A stretch of DNA of 64,000 nucleotides from Pseudonocardia sp. (lineage in GTDB: Bacteria; Actinomycetota; Actinomycetes; Mycobacteriales; Pseudonocardiaceae): contig JBOHEO010000003.1 in NCBI GenBank assembly GCA_050701055.1, forward strand, positions 806 to 64,805, in the 5' to 3' direction. Below are positions 1 to 8,588 of this stretch, in pieces. The stretch's first letter is position 1, and each line of letters opens with the position of its first letter. Made by a program: the position numbers and the translations under genes. The notes below the pieces were generated by a model. That model had not been told where the DNA came from. It did not search any database and worked only from the letters and a program-made list of their open reading frames with translations.

Positions 1-269
1 AGGGAGTTGCATGTGATGGGTGCGACGATCATACCGTCGGCAGGGGGAAGCTCATCAGGCGCGTCTGGATCTTTATAGATGCTTCGAACATTATGGCCGC
101 TCTGCCGGGTGAGAGCCTTCGCGTCGATGAAGCGGGTACCGTCCGGTGAGGCAATGACGCAGACATCCCATCCATCCTGCTGAGCCAGGTTCACGAGTTT
201 TCCAACGTCTCGCGCGGCTGGCGATCCCGTAACAATTACGTACAGAACGGGCTGTCCGTCGGAGTTCAT
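1..269 (-). CDS. HFCD-family flavoprotein (EpiD/CoaC-like), 3' end outside the window
   Basis: Missing from the ORF track. My translation from ATG 269: MNSDGQPVLYVIVTGSPAARDVGKLVNLAQQDGWDVCVIASPDG...PDELPPADGMIVAPITCNS, which has the HFCD hallmark 'vAPxT/SxNt'. Lies directly downstream of the XRE gene. Confidence 0.8.
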   Translation of the reverse strand, partial: MNSDGQPVLYVIVTGSPAARDVGKLVNLAQQDGWDVCVIASPDGTRFIDAKALTRQSGHNVRSIYKDPDAPDELPPADGMIVAPITCNS

Positions 270-295
270 CTGGTCACCCCTTCGCCGGGAAGAGT

Positions 296-1531
296 TCAGT
301 GCTTCGCGCCGCACCAGGCCGCAAACTCGTGCAGACTGCTTGTCGCTCGCGAATCGCGAGCAGCCAGTGCGTGTACAGTCTCATGAACCTGCGGGTGGTA
401 GCGAGTTACCTGCGGGGCGATACGCCGCGCTTGTTGAAGAGCGTCAAGCGACTTGGCGCGATTTCCATACAGGAACCATCCCTGTGCGAGGTCTATCCAG
501 TAGTGACCTCGGCGGGACGGAGCAATACTGTCGGGAATATGAATCCTTGAAGCGCGTGTGACTGCCACGACTCCATCCGCCAGTTCTACCGGGACGGAGA
601 CCTGGTGAATTGCGAGGTTCCCGCCACTGAACTTCGTACCGTAGTAGTTCGCCGCGTCTTGGCCTTGCTCGACGAAACGTCCTGCGTCGAGCAGGGCGGC
701 GTTCGCCATACCCGCGTCAGCTTGACGGGCTGCGAGTACTGCTCGCCGCAATTGAATCGCTCCGCGAACAGCTGTCGATGCTGCACCTGCAGGTGCTTCT
801 TCAACAAATGATTCTGCCCGATCGAGCGTACGTGTTCCGGCGGAATAAGCGCCGTCGAAGAGCAAGATCAACGCATGGTGCCACTCGGCAACCGCAGCAC
901 GGACAGGATCTAATCCCTTGGCAGCTGCGGCGCGTGCGCGCTCGTCCGCAAGGTGCGCCAGATCCAGGTGGCCAAGCCGGTAAAGGGCCACAACTGCGTA
1001 GCCATAACTCTCGGCTAGTAGCTCATTCACGTCGGACTGGCTGTCGGCACCTTCCTGCCAGCGTAGCAGGTGCAGTTTCTTGAGTAGGTCGGGCAGATCT
1101 CGGACGGCTTCTGAGTGAGCGCCGCGTCGGTCAAGTTCTTTCAATCTGGACACCAGTGGTCGCAGATCGTCCAGTGCCAAGAGTGGCGTATCCGGATCTG
1201 GGTCGTCGCCTTCAACTAAGGCCTGCCGCAGAAAGGGAACTCCTGATTGTTCGGCAGCAACATTCGCGGTCCGAGTCCCGTACGGCTGCTCGGTGATATC
1301 AAAGACATTTACACGCAACGTGCGCGCAACTGCGGCGATGAGCGATTGAGAGGCCGTTCGCTCTCCTCGTTCAATTTTCCGAATCATTGAGTACGAAAGG
1401 TTCACCCGCAGCGCTAGCCCTTCTTGGGTAAGCCCGTGAATCTTGCGCAGTTTGGCGATCCTGGCGCCGAAGTGAGCCACCGAATCGGTGGATTCAGTGG
1501 AATCGGGATCACTATCCGAGCTCAACGTCAC
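296..1531 (-). CDS. XRE-family HTH regulator with C-terminal TPR-like helical domain
   Basis: N-terminal XRE HTH (FGARIAKLRKIHGLTQEGLA...IRKIERGER) followed by an Ala-rich helical-repeat region ending RRIAPQVTRYHP, typical of actinomycete XRE regulators. Confidence 0.88.
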   Translation of the reverse strand: MTLSSDSDPDSTESTDSVAHFGARIAKLRKIHGLTQEGLALRVNLSYSMIRKIERGERTASQSLIAAVARTLRVNVFDITEQPYGTRTANVAAEQSGVPFLRQALVEGDDPDPDTPLLALDDLRPLVSRLKELDRRGAHSEAVRDLPDLLKKLHLLRWQEGADSQSDVNELLAESYGYAVVALYRLGHLDLAHLADERARAAAAKGLDPVRAAVAEWHHALILLFDGAYSAGTRTLDRAESFVEEAPAGAASTAVRGAIQLRRAVLAARQADAGMANAALLDAGRFVEQGQDAANYYGTKFSGGNLAIHQVSVPVELADGVVAVTRASRIHIPDSIAPSRRGHYWIDLAQGWFLYGNRAKSLDALQQARRIAPQVTRYHPQVHETVHALAARDSRATSSLHEFAAWCGAKH

Positions 1532-1703
1532 CCTGGCCTTCCTTCAGTCCCTTGCGATCGCATCAGCGCGTAGCGGTCTGCCGGACGCGCCTCACGCGCC
1601 CATGCTGTGGCGGTCCAGTGGCAGTCCAGCTCCGCCGCTGTGCGCCACGATCGACGGATCGACGGTACCCCAAAGGCAGACGAACCGACAGGAGGACAGC
1701 CCG

Positions 1704-1871
1704 ATGCGAGGTGATTGCCGGTACCACAAGAGGAGTGATGCTGACCGGCGCCTGACCGGCGGCGGTGGCGCAGGGCGCGGCAGCCCGACCGAAGCCAACG
1801 CGAGCTGGCCCACGGACTCGGCAGCGTCGGTCTCCACAGTTACATCGCTCATGTACAGGCTCGGCGGGTAG
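1704..1871 (+). CDS. Putative 55-aa small protein
   Basis: AGGAGG at 1690-1695 lies 8 nt before ATG 1704. First ORF divergent from the XRE gene. No recognisable family. Confidence 0.3.
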   Translation: MRGDCRYHKRSDADRRLTGGGGAGRGSPTEANASWPTDSAASVSTVTSLMYRLGG

Positions 1872-1875
1872 TGAG

Positions 1876-2109
1876 ATGGCTCAGCTGAATAGCGGCGATC
1901 CGACTGACACATCCGTAGATCGAACAGATGCAATTGAGGAAGCCGCACGCCTTATTTCTGCGCAGCCCGGGGCCGCCAGCCGGGCACTCGCCGTCCATGC
2001 CAAGCGTCCCGATGGGCGATGTAGAGGCTGCTATCACACGCTGACCTGGTGGCCATGTGCTATGGCCACCATCGCCATACGTGCGGAGCAAATTGGCAAT
2101 GATCAATAG
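1876..2109 (+). CDS. Small His/Cys 'WPC-motif' protein (H-x6-RCxxC-x6-WPC), probable zinc binder
   Basis: MAQLNSGD...ALAVHAKRPDGRCRGCYHTLTWWPCAMATIAIRAEQI. Paralogs lie at about 59.3, 60.4 and 61.1 kb. Confidence 0.65.
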   Translation: MAQLNSGDPTDTSVDRTDAIEEAARLISAQPGAASRALAVHAKRPDGRCRGCYHTLTWWPCAMATIAIRAEQIGNDQ

Positions 2110-2166
2110 ATGCATCACTTCGACAATGCTCTCGATGGCCGCGCCAAGCACGCGACGCCGCCAGCC

Positions 2167-2209
2167 CCGGTCGGTGCGGATGCCGCGCCCCCACCTCCGC
2201 ACCGACCGG
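2167..2209 (+). repeat. 14-bp perfect stem-loop downstream of the WPC gene
   Basis: CCGGTCGGTGCGGA - TGCCGCGCCCCCACC - TCCGCACCGACCGG. Confidence 0.8.
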
Positions 2210-2244
2210 TCCTCCACATCCAACGTGAGAAGAGAGGCCGCGCC

Positions 2245-2541
2245 ATGAACCCCACCGCCCGAGCCGCAGGCCGCCACGCCACGCATGGCACATGGTCCGG
2301 AAGTATCCTATGGACAGGCGGTGTACCGAGCGCCGGGCGACCGGCAGGCGAGACACCGGGCCGGTCGCGGCCGATGCCACGCACCCCGAACTATCGCCCC
2401 GCGTACAAGCGAACGTCGCTGCGCGGGCTGCTGCACGAGTTCTGGCGGCGCCGCCGCGCCGCCCGCGACGCGCAGATCAGCACCTGGGAGCTGATCGAGT
2501 ACTGGCGGGCCACCCAGCGCGGACGGAAGGCGATCCGATGA
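2245..2541 (+). CDS. Small basic hypothetical protein
   Basis: GAGAGG precedes ATG 2245. C-terminus SLRGLLHEFWRRRRAARDAQISTWELIEYWR. Stop overlaps the next ATG (ATGA). Confidence 0.4.
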   Translation: MNPTARAAGRHATHGTWSGSILWTGGVPSAGRPAGETPGRSRPMPRTPNYRPAYKRTSLRGLLHEFWRRRRAARDAQISTWELIEYWRATQRGRKAIR

Positions 2542-2801
2542 CCACCCCATGCGTGCCCGGCGAACAGGTGATGTCGCCGAACATCGCGGACTGCATCAAG
2601 GCCGAACGCTTCCTGGCCAGGCAACCAGCAGCCGTGCAACGCGCCTTGGCCGCCCACCCACCGGTACCGCCCCGACGAGCGATGTACCGCCCGCAACGCC
2701 GCTGCTGCCCGTGGGGTCACTTTCCCGGCGATGACGGTGCACTTGATCTTTGCCGAGGATCCGGCCCAACTCCAGGCCCAGCACCCGGGTGGTGGTGGTG
2801 A
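2538..2801 (+). pseudogene. Probable degenerate WPC-family paralog
   Basis: AERFLARQPAAVQRALAAHPP resembles AARLISAQPGAASRALAVHAK of 1876-2109, then similarity is lost. Confidence 0.35.
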
Positions 2802-2893
2802 TGATGGTGAAGGTGTGGCCGGCCGGAACCCGGCCCGGCGAAGCCTACGAGATCGGCGCCCTGGTCCCAGTCGCCGAGCGGACGGGAACCATC

Positions 2894-3286
2894 ATGAACA
2901 AAGCGGATAAGCCGGTCGAGTCGCGGCTCCACCTCAGCCCGGACACCAAACCCGAGCCTATGAACCACGCTATCGAGCCGCACCCGGCCAACACCGCTGG
3001 CAGCGTGGCTGAGCACATCTGCAGTTGCCACCAGGCACCGGTCCCACCCGACGGGCACTCCCCGATACCGGTGTGGGTGGTCACCACCGGCGGCGACGGC
3101 GACCGCTACGAAGTCGCCGCCGCGTTCACCGACCACCTCGACGCCCGCCGCTACGCCACATGGTGGAACCGCGAGGAGACCCACCGCTACGGCCACCTCC
3201 CCACCAGCACCATGGCCACAGCTGTCGCCGAGGAGATCGACTTCTATCCAACCGGTACCTGGCGGCCACCCACCCGCCTACGCTGA
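2894..3286 (+). CDS. Hypothetical protein
   Basis: Coding-like codon usage (VWVVTTGGDGDRYEVAAAFTDHLDARRYATWWN). Start uncertain (2894 or 2960). Confidence 0.45.
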   Translation: MNKADKPVESRLHLSPDTKPEPMNHAIEPHPANTAGSVAEHICSCHQAPVPPDGHSPIPVWVVTTGGDGDRYEVAAAFTDHLDARRYATWWNREETHRYGHLPTSTMATAVAEEIDFYPTGTWRPPTRLR

Positions 3287-3692
3287 AGCCGCGTTCGGGA
3301 CAACCGTGAAGGACGAGCTGGTCCGGATCCGACGCAGACACCACACATGTTGGAGGACCACGACCGGCGCTGAGTACTCATCCAGACCGAACGCGCGCAT
3401 CCATGGCAGGCTCCGCTGTGACCCCCACGCGCGGCGGGATCGGGGCACACCTCGCCCGAGGTCAACCGGCAACCGCGACGTCGACATGCCGCTGCCGCCG
3501 GTCAGCTCCGGTTAATTCGGGCGCATGTTCCACCGGCTGCCGCTATCCTGCTTTCACGTCGAGCTCAACCAGCGGCCGGCGCCGCCACGCGCCCGCGTCG
3601 ACGGCACACTCGATATGCCTCAGCCAGTCGCCTCACCACGCAGCCGTCGTACCCGGGCCAGACCGGAACGTGTCCCGAGAGGACCAGCAGCC

Positions 3693-4739
3693 ATGACCAC
3701 GACCTCTGCCGAGGTGTACCGGCTTCCTGCGTCGACCTTCCAGCACTGGAGGCACTCGTTCGAGGAGGACTCGGGCGGGGTGGAGGTGTTCCGGCCGGAC
3801 GGGGTGACCTTGCCGCCGGCGTTCGGCCGCGACGGCTTCGAGATGCGGGCGGACGGTACGTTCATCCAGGACGACATCGGGCCGGCTGACGGCATCGTGC
3901 GGGTGCCGGGGCGGTGGACGCTGCTCGGCCCGGCGCGGGTCGCGGCGTTCTTCGACGGCGCGCGGCCCGACTACTCGTTCGAGGTGCTGGACGTCGACGA
4001 TTCCGTGCTGCGGCGGCGGCTCGACCCGCTGCCGCCACACCCCGACCGGTACTGCGGTGCCTCCGGGATGGGGGAGACGCACCTGGCGAGCTTCGGTGGC
4101 CTGCCGCCGGCCACGTCGTTCCGCGTCCTGGACTTCGACCACGCCAGCATCATCACACTGCGCTCCTTCCCGCCGCAGTTCGTGCTCCGGGTGAGTGGCA
4201 CCAAGCCCTACGCGAACATGGGCGTCGAGCTGGTGCCGCTGGTCTACGTGCAGCAGCCGGAGTACTGGGGGATCGAGGTGGTCGGATCCCTGCGGGGGAT
4301 CGGCCTGCCGAGCCAGGCCCCGTACTCCGTCTCGCTCCCGCTCACCGGCACGATCGGCACGCAGGGGATCGAGGTGATCGGCGCGTCCCGCCGCGAACGG
4401 TTCGACCTTGATCCCACCGTCCCGGCCGTGGCCGGTGTGTGCCGGGACTGGACCGCTTTCCTGGACCTCCAGCCGCCCGGGCCGTCAACGCTGCGGGTGA
4501 CCGGGACCTGTGAGTTCCCCACGGCCGGGTTCAGCGCCGAGCTGCGCCGCCGCGAGCCCCAGGGCTTCAACCCCCGGGACCTGCTCCTGGAGAAGATCGT
4601 GCAGAAACCGGACGGTCCCGCGGCGACCGTCATCACGGCGATCGACCTCCGGTACGAGGAGAAGGCGAACGCGGGTGATTTCGACACCGTGACGATCCTC
4701 CCCGAGGGTCCGACGATTCCGGTGCAGGAGGTGCACTGA
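3693..4739 (+). CDS. Hypothetical three-module beta-rich protein
   Basis: GAGAGGA SD before ATG 3693 and strong GC3 bias. Modules: WRHSFEED...FRP...GRDGF; PPQFVLRVSGTKPY...QPEYWGIEVVG; WTAFLDLQPPGP...PQGFNPRDLLL. Confidence 0.8.
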   Translation: MTTTSAEVYRLPASTFQHWRHSFEEDSGGVEVFRPDGVTLPPAFGRDGFEMRADGTFIQDDIGPADGIVRVPGRWTLLGPARVAAFFDGARPDYSFEVLDVDDSVLRRRLDPLPPHPDRYCGASGMGETHLASFGGLPPATSFRVLDFDHASIITLRSFPPQFVLRVSGTKPYANMGVELVPLVYVQQPEYWGIEVVGSLRGIGLPSQAPYSVSLPLTGTIGTQGIEVIGASRRERFDLDPTVPAVAGVCRDWTAFLDLQPPGPSTLRVTGTCEFPTAGFSAELRRREPQGFNPRDLLLEKIVQKPDGPAATVITAIDLRYEEKANAGDFDTVTILPEGPTIPVQEVH

Positions 4740-4859
4740 GGTGTCCGCGGCTGAGGGCCGCACCGGGAAAGTTTTGTTCGGAGCGCGCCCGGACAGCTCA
4801 CTGCTCGCCGGCCAGCACGGCCTGCAGCACCACCTCGACCGTGAGGACGGCCGAGAGGT

Positions 4860-6989
4860 CTACTGCTCGGCCACACCAGGGCCCGCCTCCAGCCGCACCG
4901 CACACACCTTGAACTCCGGCATCCCGCTGATCGGGTCCAGCGCCGGGTTGGTCACGAGGTTCGCCGCCTGCTCGCCCCCGTAGTGGAACGGCAGGAACAC
5001 CGTGTCCGGACGCAGCGACGCCACGCACCGCACCCGGGCCAGCGCCGTCCCCCGCCGCGACACCACCCGCGCCCACTCCCCCGCTACGAGCCCCGCTCGA
5101 GCGGCGGTGTCCGGGTGCACCTCGACGAACGACTCGGCCTCGACGGCATTGAGCTCACCGACCCGACGGGTCTGCGCCCCCGACTGGTAGTGCACGAGGA
5201 CCCGCCCGGTCGTGGCCCGCAGGGGGAAATCGGCGTCGGGGAGCTCGGCGGCGTCGACGTGATCGACCGCGACGAGCCGCGCCCGGCCGTCCGGATGCGC
5301 GAACCGGTCGACAAACAGTCGCGGCGTGCCGCCGTGGGTGACCGACGGGCACGGCCAGTGCAACGCCTCCCCCGCGTCGAGGCGGGCGTAGCTGATGCCC
5401 GCGTAGTCCGCCATCCCACCCGCGGACGCCGCCCGCAGCTCGTTGAACACGGTTTCGGGATCGGCCGGGAAACCCGTGAGCCCGAGCTCATCGGCCAACC
5501 CGGACAGCACCTCCAGGTCGGTGCGCACCCCGGGCGGCGGCGACATCGCCCGGCGCCGGCGCAGCACCCGGCCCTCGAGGTTGGTCATCGTGCCCTCCTC
5601 CTCGGCCCACTGCGCGACGGGCAGCACGACGTCGGCGGCCATCGCGGTCTCGCCGGGCAGGAAGTCGGCCACGACGAGCAGGTCCAGCGCGGCGAGCCGC
5701 TCGGCCACCGCACGCGCGTCCGGCGCCGAGACCAGCACGTTCGAGCCGAACACCAGCAGCGCCTTCGGCCCGCCGGGCCGGCCCAGCGCGTCGAGCAGCT
5801 CGGTGGCGCTGCGCCCCGGCCCGGGAAGCGACTCCGGGTCGACCCCCCACACACCCGCCACATGGGCCCGCGCTGCCGGGTCGTCGATCTTGCGGTAGCC
5901 GGGCAGCTGGTCGGACTTCTGACCGTGCTCACGTCCGCCCTGCCCGTTGCCCTGACCGGTGATGGTCCCGAAGCCGCTGCCCGGGCGACCCGGCAACCCC
6001 AGCGCCAGCGACAGGTTGATCCAGGCCGTGACCGTGTCGACGCCGTGCGCGTGCTGCTCGGCCCCGCGGGCGGTGAGCACGTAGCGCCGGGTCGAGCCGG
6101 CAAGCCAGTCCACGACCGTGCGCATGTCCGCCGCCGCGACCCCGCACACCCGCTCGGCCCGCTCCGGCCACCACTGCGCGGCGATCCGCCAGGCATCGTC
6201 GAAGCCGGTGGTGCGGTCGGCGAGGTAATCGGTGTCGAGGTGCCCGGCCACCACGGCCGCGTGCAGCATTCCCAGCGCCAGCACCAGGTCGGTGCCGGGG
6301 ACCGGCCGCAGGTGCAGGCCCCCCGATGCGAGGGCACGCTCCGCGGTCGGGGTACGCCGCGGGTCGATCACCACCAGCCGCGCGGTGGCCAGGTGACCCA
6401 TCAGCGGCGGCATGGTCTCGGAGACGTTCGCACCGGCCAGTACCACCACCTGGGCGTCGTCGAGGTCGGTGACGGGGAACGGCAACCCCCGGTCCACACC
6501 GAACGCGCGGTTACCACCGGCCGCGGCCGAGGACATGCAGAACCGGCCGTTGTAGTCGATCTGCGAGGTGCCCAGGCCCACCCGCGCGAACTTTCCCAGC
6601 AGGTAGCACTTCTCATTGGTGAGCCCACCACCGCCGAACACGGCCACCGAATCGGGGCCGTATTCGGTGTGCAGCGCCCGGAGCCGGGCTGCGACGTAGG
6701 ACAGTGCGGTCTCCCAGCCGACCGGGGCGAGTGGCGTGTCGCGGGAGGTGCGCAACAGCGGGGTGGTGAGCCGCTGCGGGTGGTCGAGCAGCGCGCCCGC
6801 CGTCCAGCCCTTCTGGCAGAGCCCGCCGCGGTTGGTCGGGAACTCCCGCCCGTCGACACCACCCGCGCCGTCCACCCACTGCCCGCACTGCAACGCGCAG
6901 TACGGGCAGTGGGTCGCCACTGAGGTGGGCGACATGGTGGGCATGTTCGGAATGATCGGTGCCATCGGTGTCAGCAACGAATCGGTCAT
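4860..6989 (-). CDS. nasA: Assimilatory nitrate reductase catalytic subunit (molybdopterin oxidoreductase)
   Basis: THCPYCALQCG...LCQKG 4Fe-4S motif, DYNGRFCMSSA, TGQGNGQGGREHG and C-terminal DPISGMPEFK. Adjacent to narK. Start uncertain. Confidence 0.88.
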   Translation of the reverse strand: MTDSLLTPMAPIIPNMPTMSPTSVATHCPYCALQCGQWVDGAGGVDGREFPTNRGGLCQKGWTAGALLDHPQRLTTPLLRTSRDTPLAPVGWETALSYVAARLRALHTEYGPDSVAVFGGGGLTNEKCYLLGKFARVGLGTSQIDYNGRFCMSSAAAGGNRAFGVDRGLPFPVTDLDDAQVVVLAGANVSETMPPLMGHLATARLVVIDPRRTPTAERALASGGLHLRPVPGTDLVLALGMLHAAVVAGHLDTDYLADRTTGFDDAWRIAAQWWPERAERVCGVAAADMRTVVDWLAGSTRRYVLTARGAEQHAHGVDTVTAWINLSLALGLPGRPGSGFGTITGQGNGQGGREHGQKSDQLPGYRKIDDPAARAHVAGVWGVDPESLPGPGRSATELLDALGRPGGPKALLVFGSNVLVSAPDARAVAERLAALDLLVVADFLPGETAMAADVVLPVAQWAEEEGTMTNLEGRVLRRRRAMSPPPGVRTDLEVLSGLADELGLTGFPADPETVFNELRAASAGGMADYAGISYARLDAGEALHWPCPSVTHGGTPRLFVDRFAHPDGRARLVAVDHVDAAELPDADFPLRATTGRVLVHYQSGAQTRRVGELNAVEAESFVEVHPDTAARAGLVAGEWARVVSRRGTALARVRCVASLRPDTVFLPFHYGGEQAANLVTNPALDPISGMPEFKVCAVRLEAGPGVAEQ

Positions 6990-7058
6990 GTTTCCCACCC
7001 GTTGCCCTCCACGGCTGTGCGGGACGGTCGGGGACGCCGGTCATCCTCGCCGGCGAGG

Positions 7059-8438
7059 TCACACTCCGGCATAAGCCAGGCGGGGATGCTCCGCCGCCAC
7101 CGGGGCGGGCCGCAGGTACACGACGTAGGTGACCGCGACACAGACCACGTAGAAGGCGAGAAACGCCCAGAACGCCGAGTCGCCGGACTGGGTGGTGAGG
7201 AACGACTGCCGGAACGCGAGGTTGATGAACAGTCCGCCCAGCGCTCCGATGGCGCCGGCGATACCGATCACCGCGCCGGAGACCCGGCGGGCCCGCAGCA
7301 TCGCGGTCTTCTCGTCGGCCCCACCGGCGATCGCGATCCGCGCCTGGCCGGCGAAGATCCCCGGGATCATCTTGTACGTCGAGCCGTTGCCAAGGCCGGT
7401 CAGGATGAACAGCGCCACGAACCCGGTGACGAACACCGGCAGCGAGTCGAGCGCCGACGCCGTGAGGATGACCAGTGTGAACACGCCCATCCCGATGAAG
7501 TTCCAGAACGTCACCTTCGCGCCACCGATGCGGTCGGCGAGCTTGCCGCCGTACGGACGGATCAGCGACCCGAGCAGCGGGCCGATGAACGCCACGCTCG
7601 CGGCCTGCAGCGGGGTGCGGCCGAACTGGGTCGTCAGGACCAGGCCGAAGGCGAAGCTGTAGCCGATGAACGAGCCGAACGTCCCGATGTAGAGGAACGA
7701 CATCACCCAGGTCTGGCTTTCCTTGATCGACTCCTTGAACGCGCCGGTGTCGTTGCGGACCGAGGAGATGTTGTTCATCTTGATCGCGGCCAGCGTCGCG
7801 GCGATCACGATGAGCGGGATGTAGATGCCGAACAGGATCCGTGGGGCGGCGATGCCGGCCGTCGCGATGATCCCGAGACCCACGAGCTGCACGAACGGCA
7901 CACCGATGTTGCCCCCACCCGCGTTGAGCCCGAGCGCCCAGCCCTTGCGGCCCTCCGGGAAGAAAGTGTTGATGTTGGTCATGGACGAGGCGAAGTTGCC
8001 GCCACCCAGGCCACCGATCGCCGCGACGATCACGAAGGTCATGTAGGAGGTGCCCGGCTGCATCACGATCACGGCGAGGATCGTCGGGATGAGCAGCAGT
8101 GCCGCGGAGATGATCGTCCAGTTGCGGCCTCCGAACCGCGCCACCGCGAACGTGTAGGGCAGCCGCAGGAGCGAGCCCACGAGCGTGGGGACGGCGACGA
8201 GGAAGAACTTGCCCGCCGCGTCGATGCCGTACTCCGGACCCATGAAGAGCACCAGGACCGACCACATCGTCCAGATCGAGAACCCGATGTGCTCGGAGAA
8301 GATCGAGTACCACAGGTTGCGGTTCGCGATCTTGGCACCGGTGCGCTCCCAGAAGCCGGGGTCCTCCGGTTCCCAGTGGTCGATCCAGCGACCGGCGCGC
8401 TGCGCGGGCCGGGTGTCGTCAGCTGCCGTGGTTGTCAT
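7059..8438 (-). CDS. narK: NarK/NasA-type nitrate/nitrite MFS transporter
   Basis: WEPEDPGFW, nitrate-signature GGGNFASSM and GLGNGSTYKMIP motifs, multiple TM segments. Confidence 0.93.
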   Translation of the reverse strand: MTTTAADDTRPAQRAGRWIDHWEPEDPGFWERTGAKIANRNLWYSIFSEHIGFSIWTMWSVLVLFMGPEYGIDAAGKFFLVAVPTLVGSLLRLPYTFAVARFGGRNWTIISAALLLIPTILAVIVMQPGTSYMTFVIVAAIGGLGGGNFASSMTNINTFFPEGRKGWALGLNAGGGNIGVPFVQLVGLGIIATAGIAAPRILFGIYIPLIVIAATLAAIKMNNISSVRNDTGAFKESIKESQTWVMSFLYIGTFGSFIGYSFAFGLVLTTQFGRTPLQAASVAFIGPLLGSLIRPYGGKLADRIGGAKVTFWNFIGMGVFTLVILTASALDSLPVFVTGFVALFILTGLGNGSTYKMIPGIFAGQARIAIAGGADEKTAMLRARRVSGAVIGIAGAIGALGGLFINLAFRQSFLTTQSGDSAFWAFLAFYVVCVAVTYVVYLRPAPVAAEHPRLAYAGV

Positions 8439-8483
8439 GGAGATAACGTAAGAACGTCCCGTTAACCCGATGGTGCGCCTTAT

Positions 8484-8510
8484 GTGACACTCGCGCAAAG
8501 CCGTTCTCAC
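8484..8510. promoter_or_regulatory. Possible GlnR box upstream of narK
   Basis: GTGAC-n6-GCAAA-n6-CTCAC is an imperfect match to gTnAc-n6-GaAAc. Context fits nitrogen control. Confidence 0.35.
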
Positions 8511-8588
8511 GCGCCGCCAGAGTGGTTGTGAGGGAGAACCCGGTTCAGCGATTGTCGACGGAGAATTTGTGTGTCATTGAACACACGC

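Noticed and set aside
4983..6923. Long antisense or alternative-frame ORFs (e.g. 4983-6923, 21388-23943, 43553-46150, 54058-56157)
   Set aside because: Shadow ORFs of real high-GC genes; Arg/Pro/Gly-rich with no motifs.
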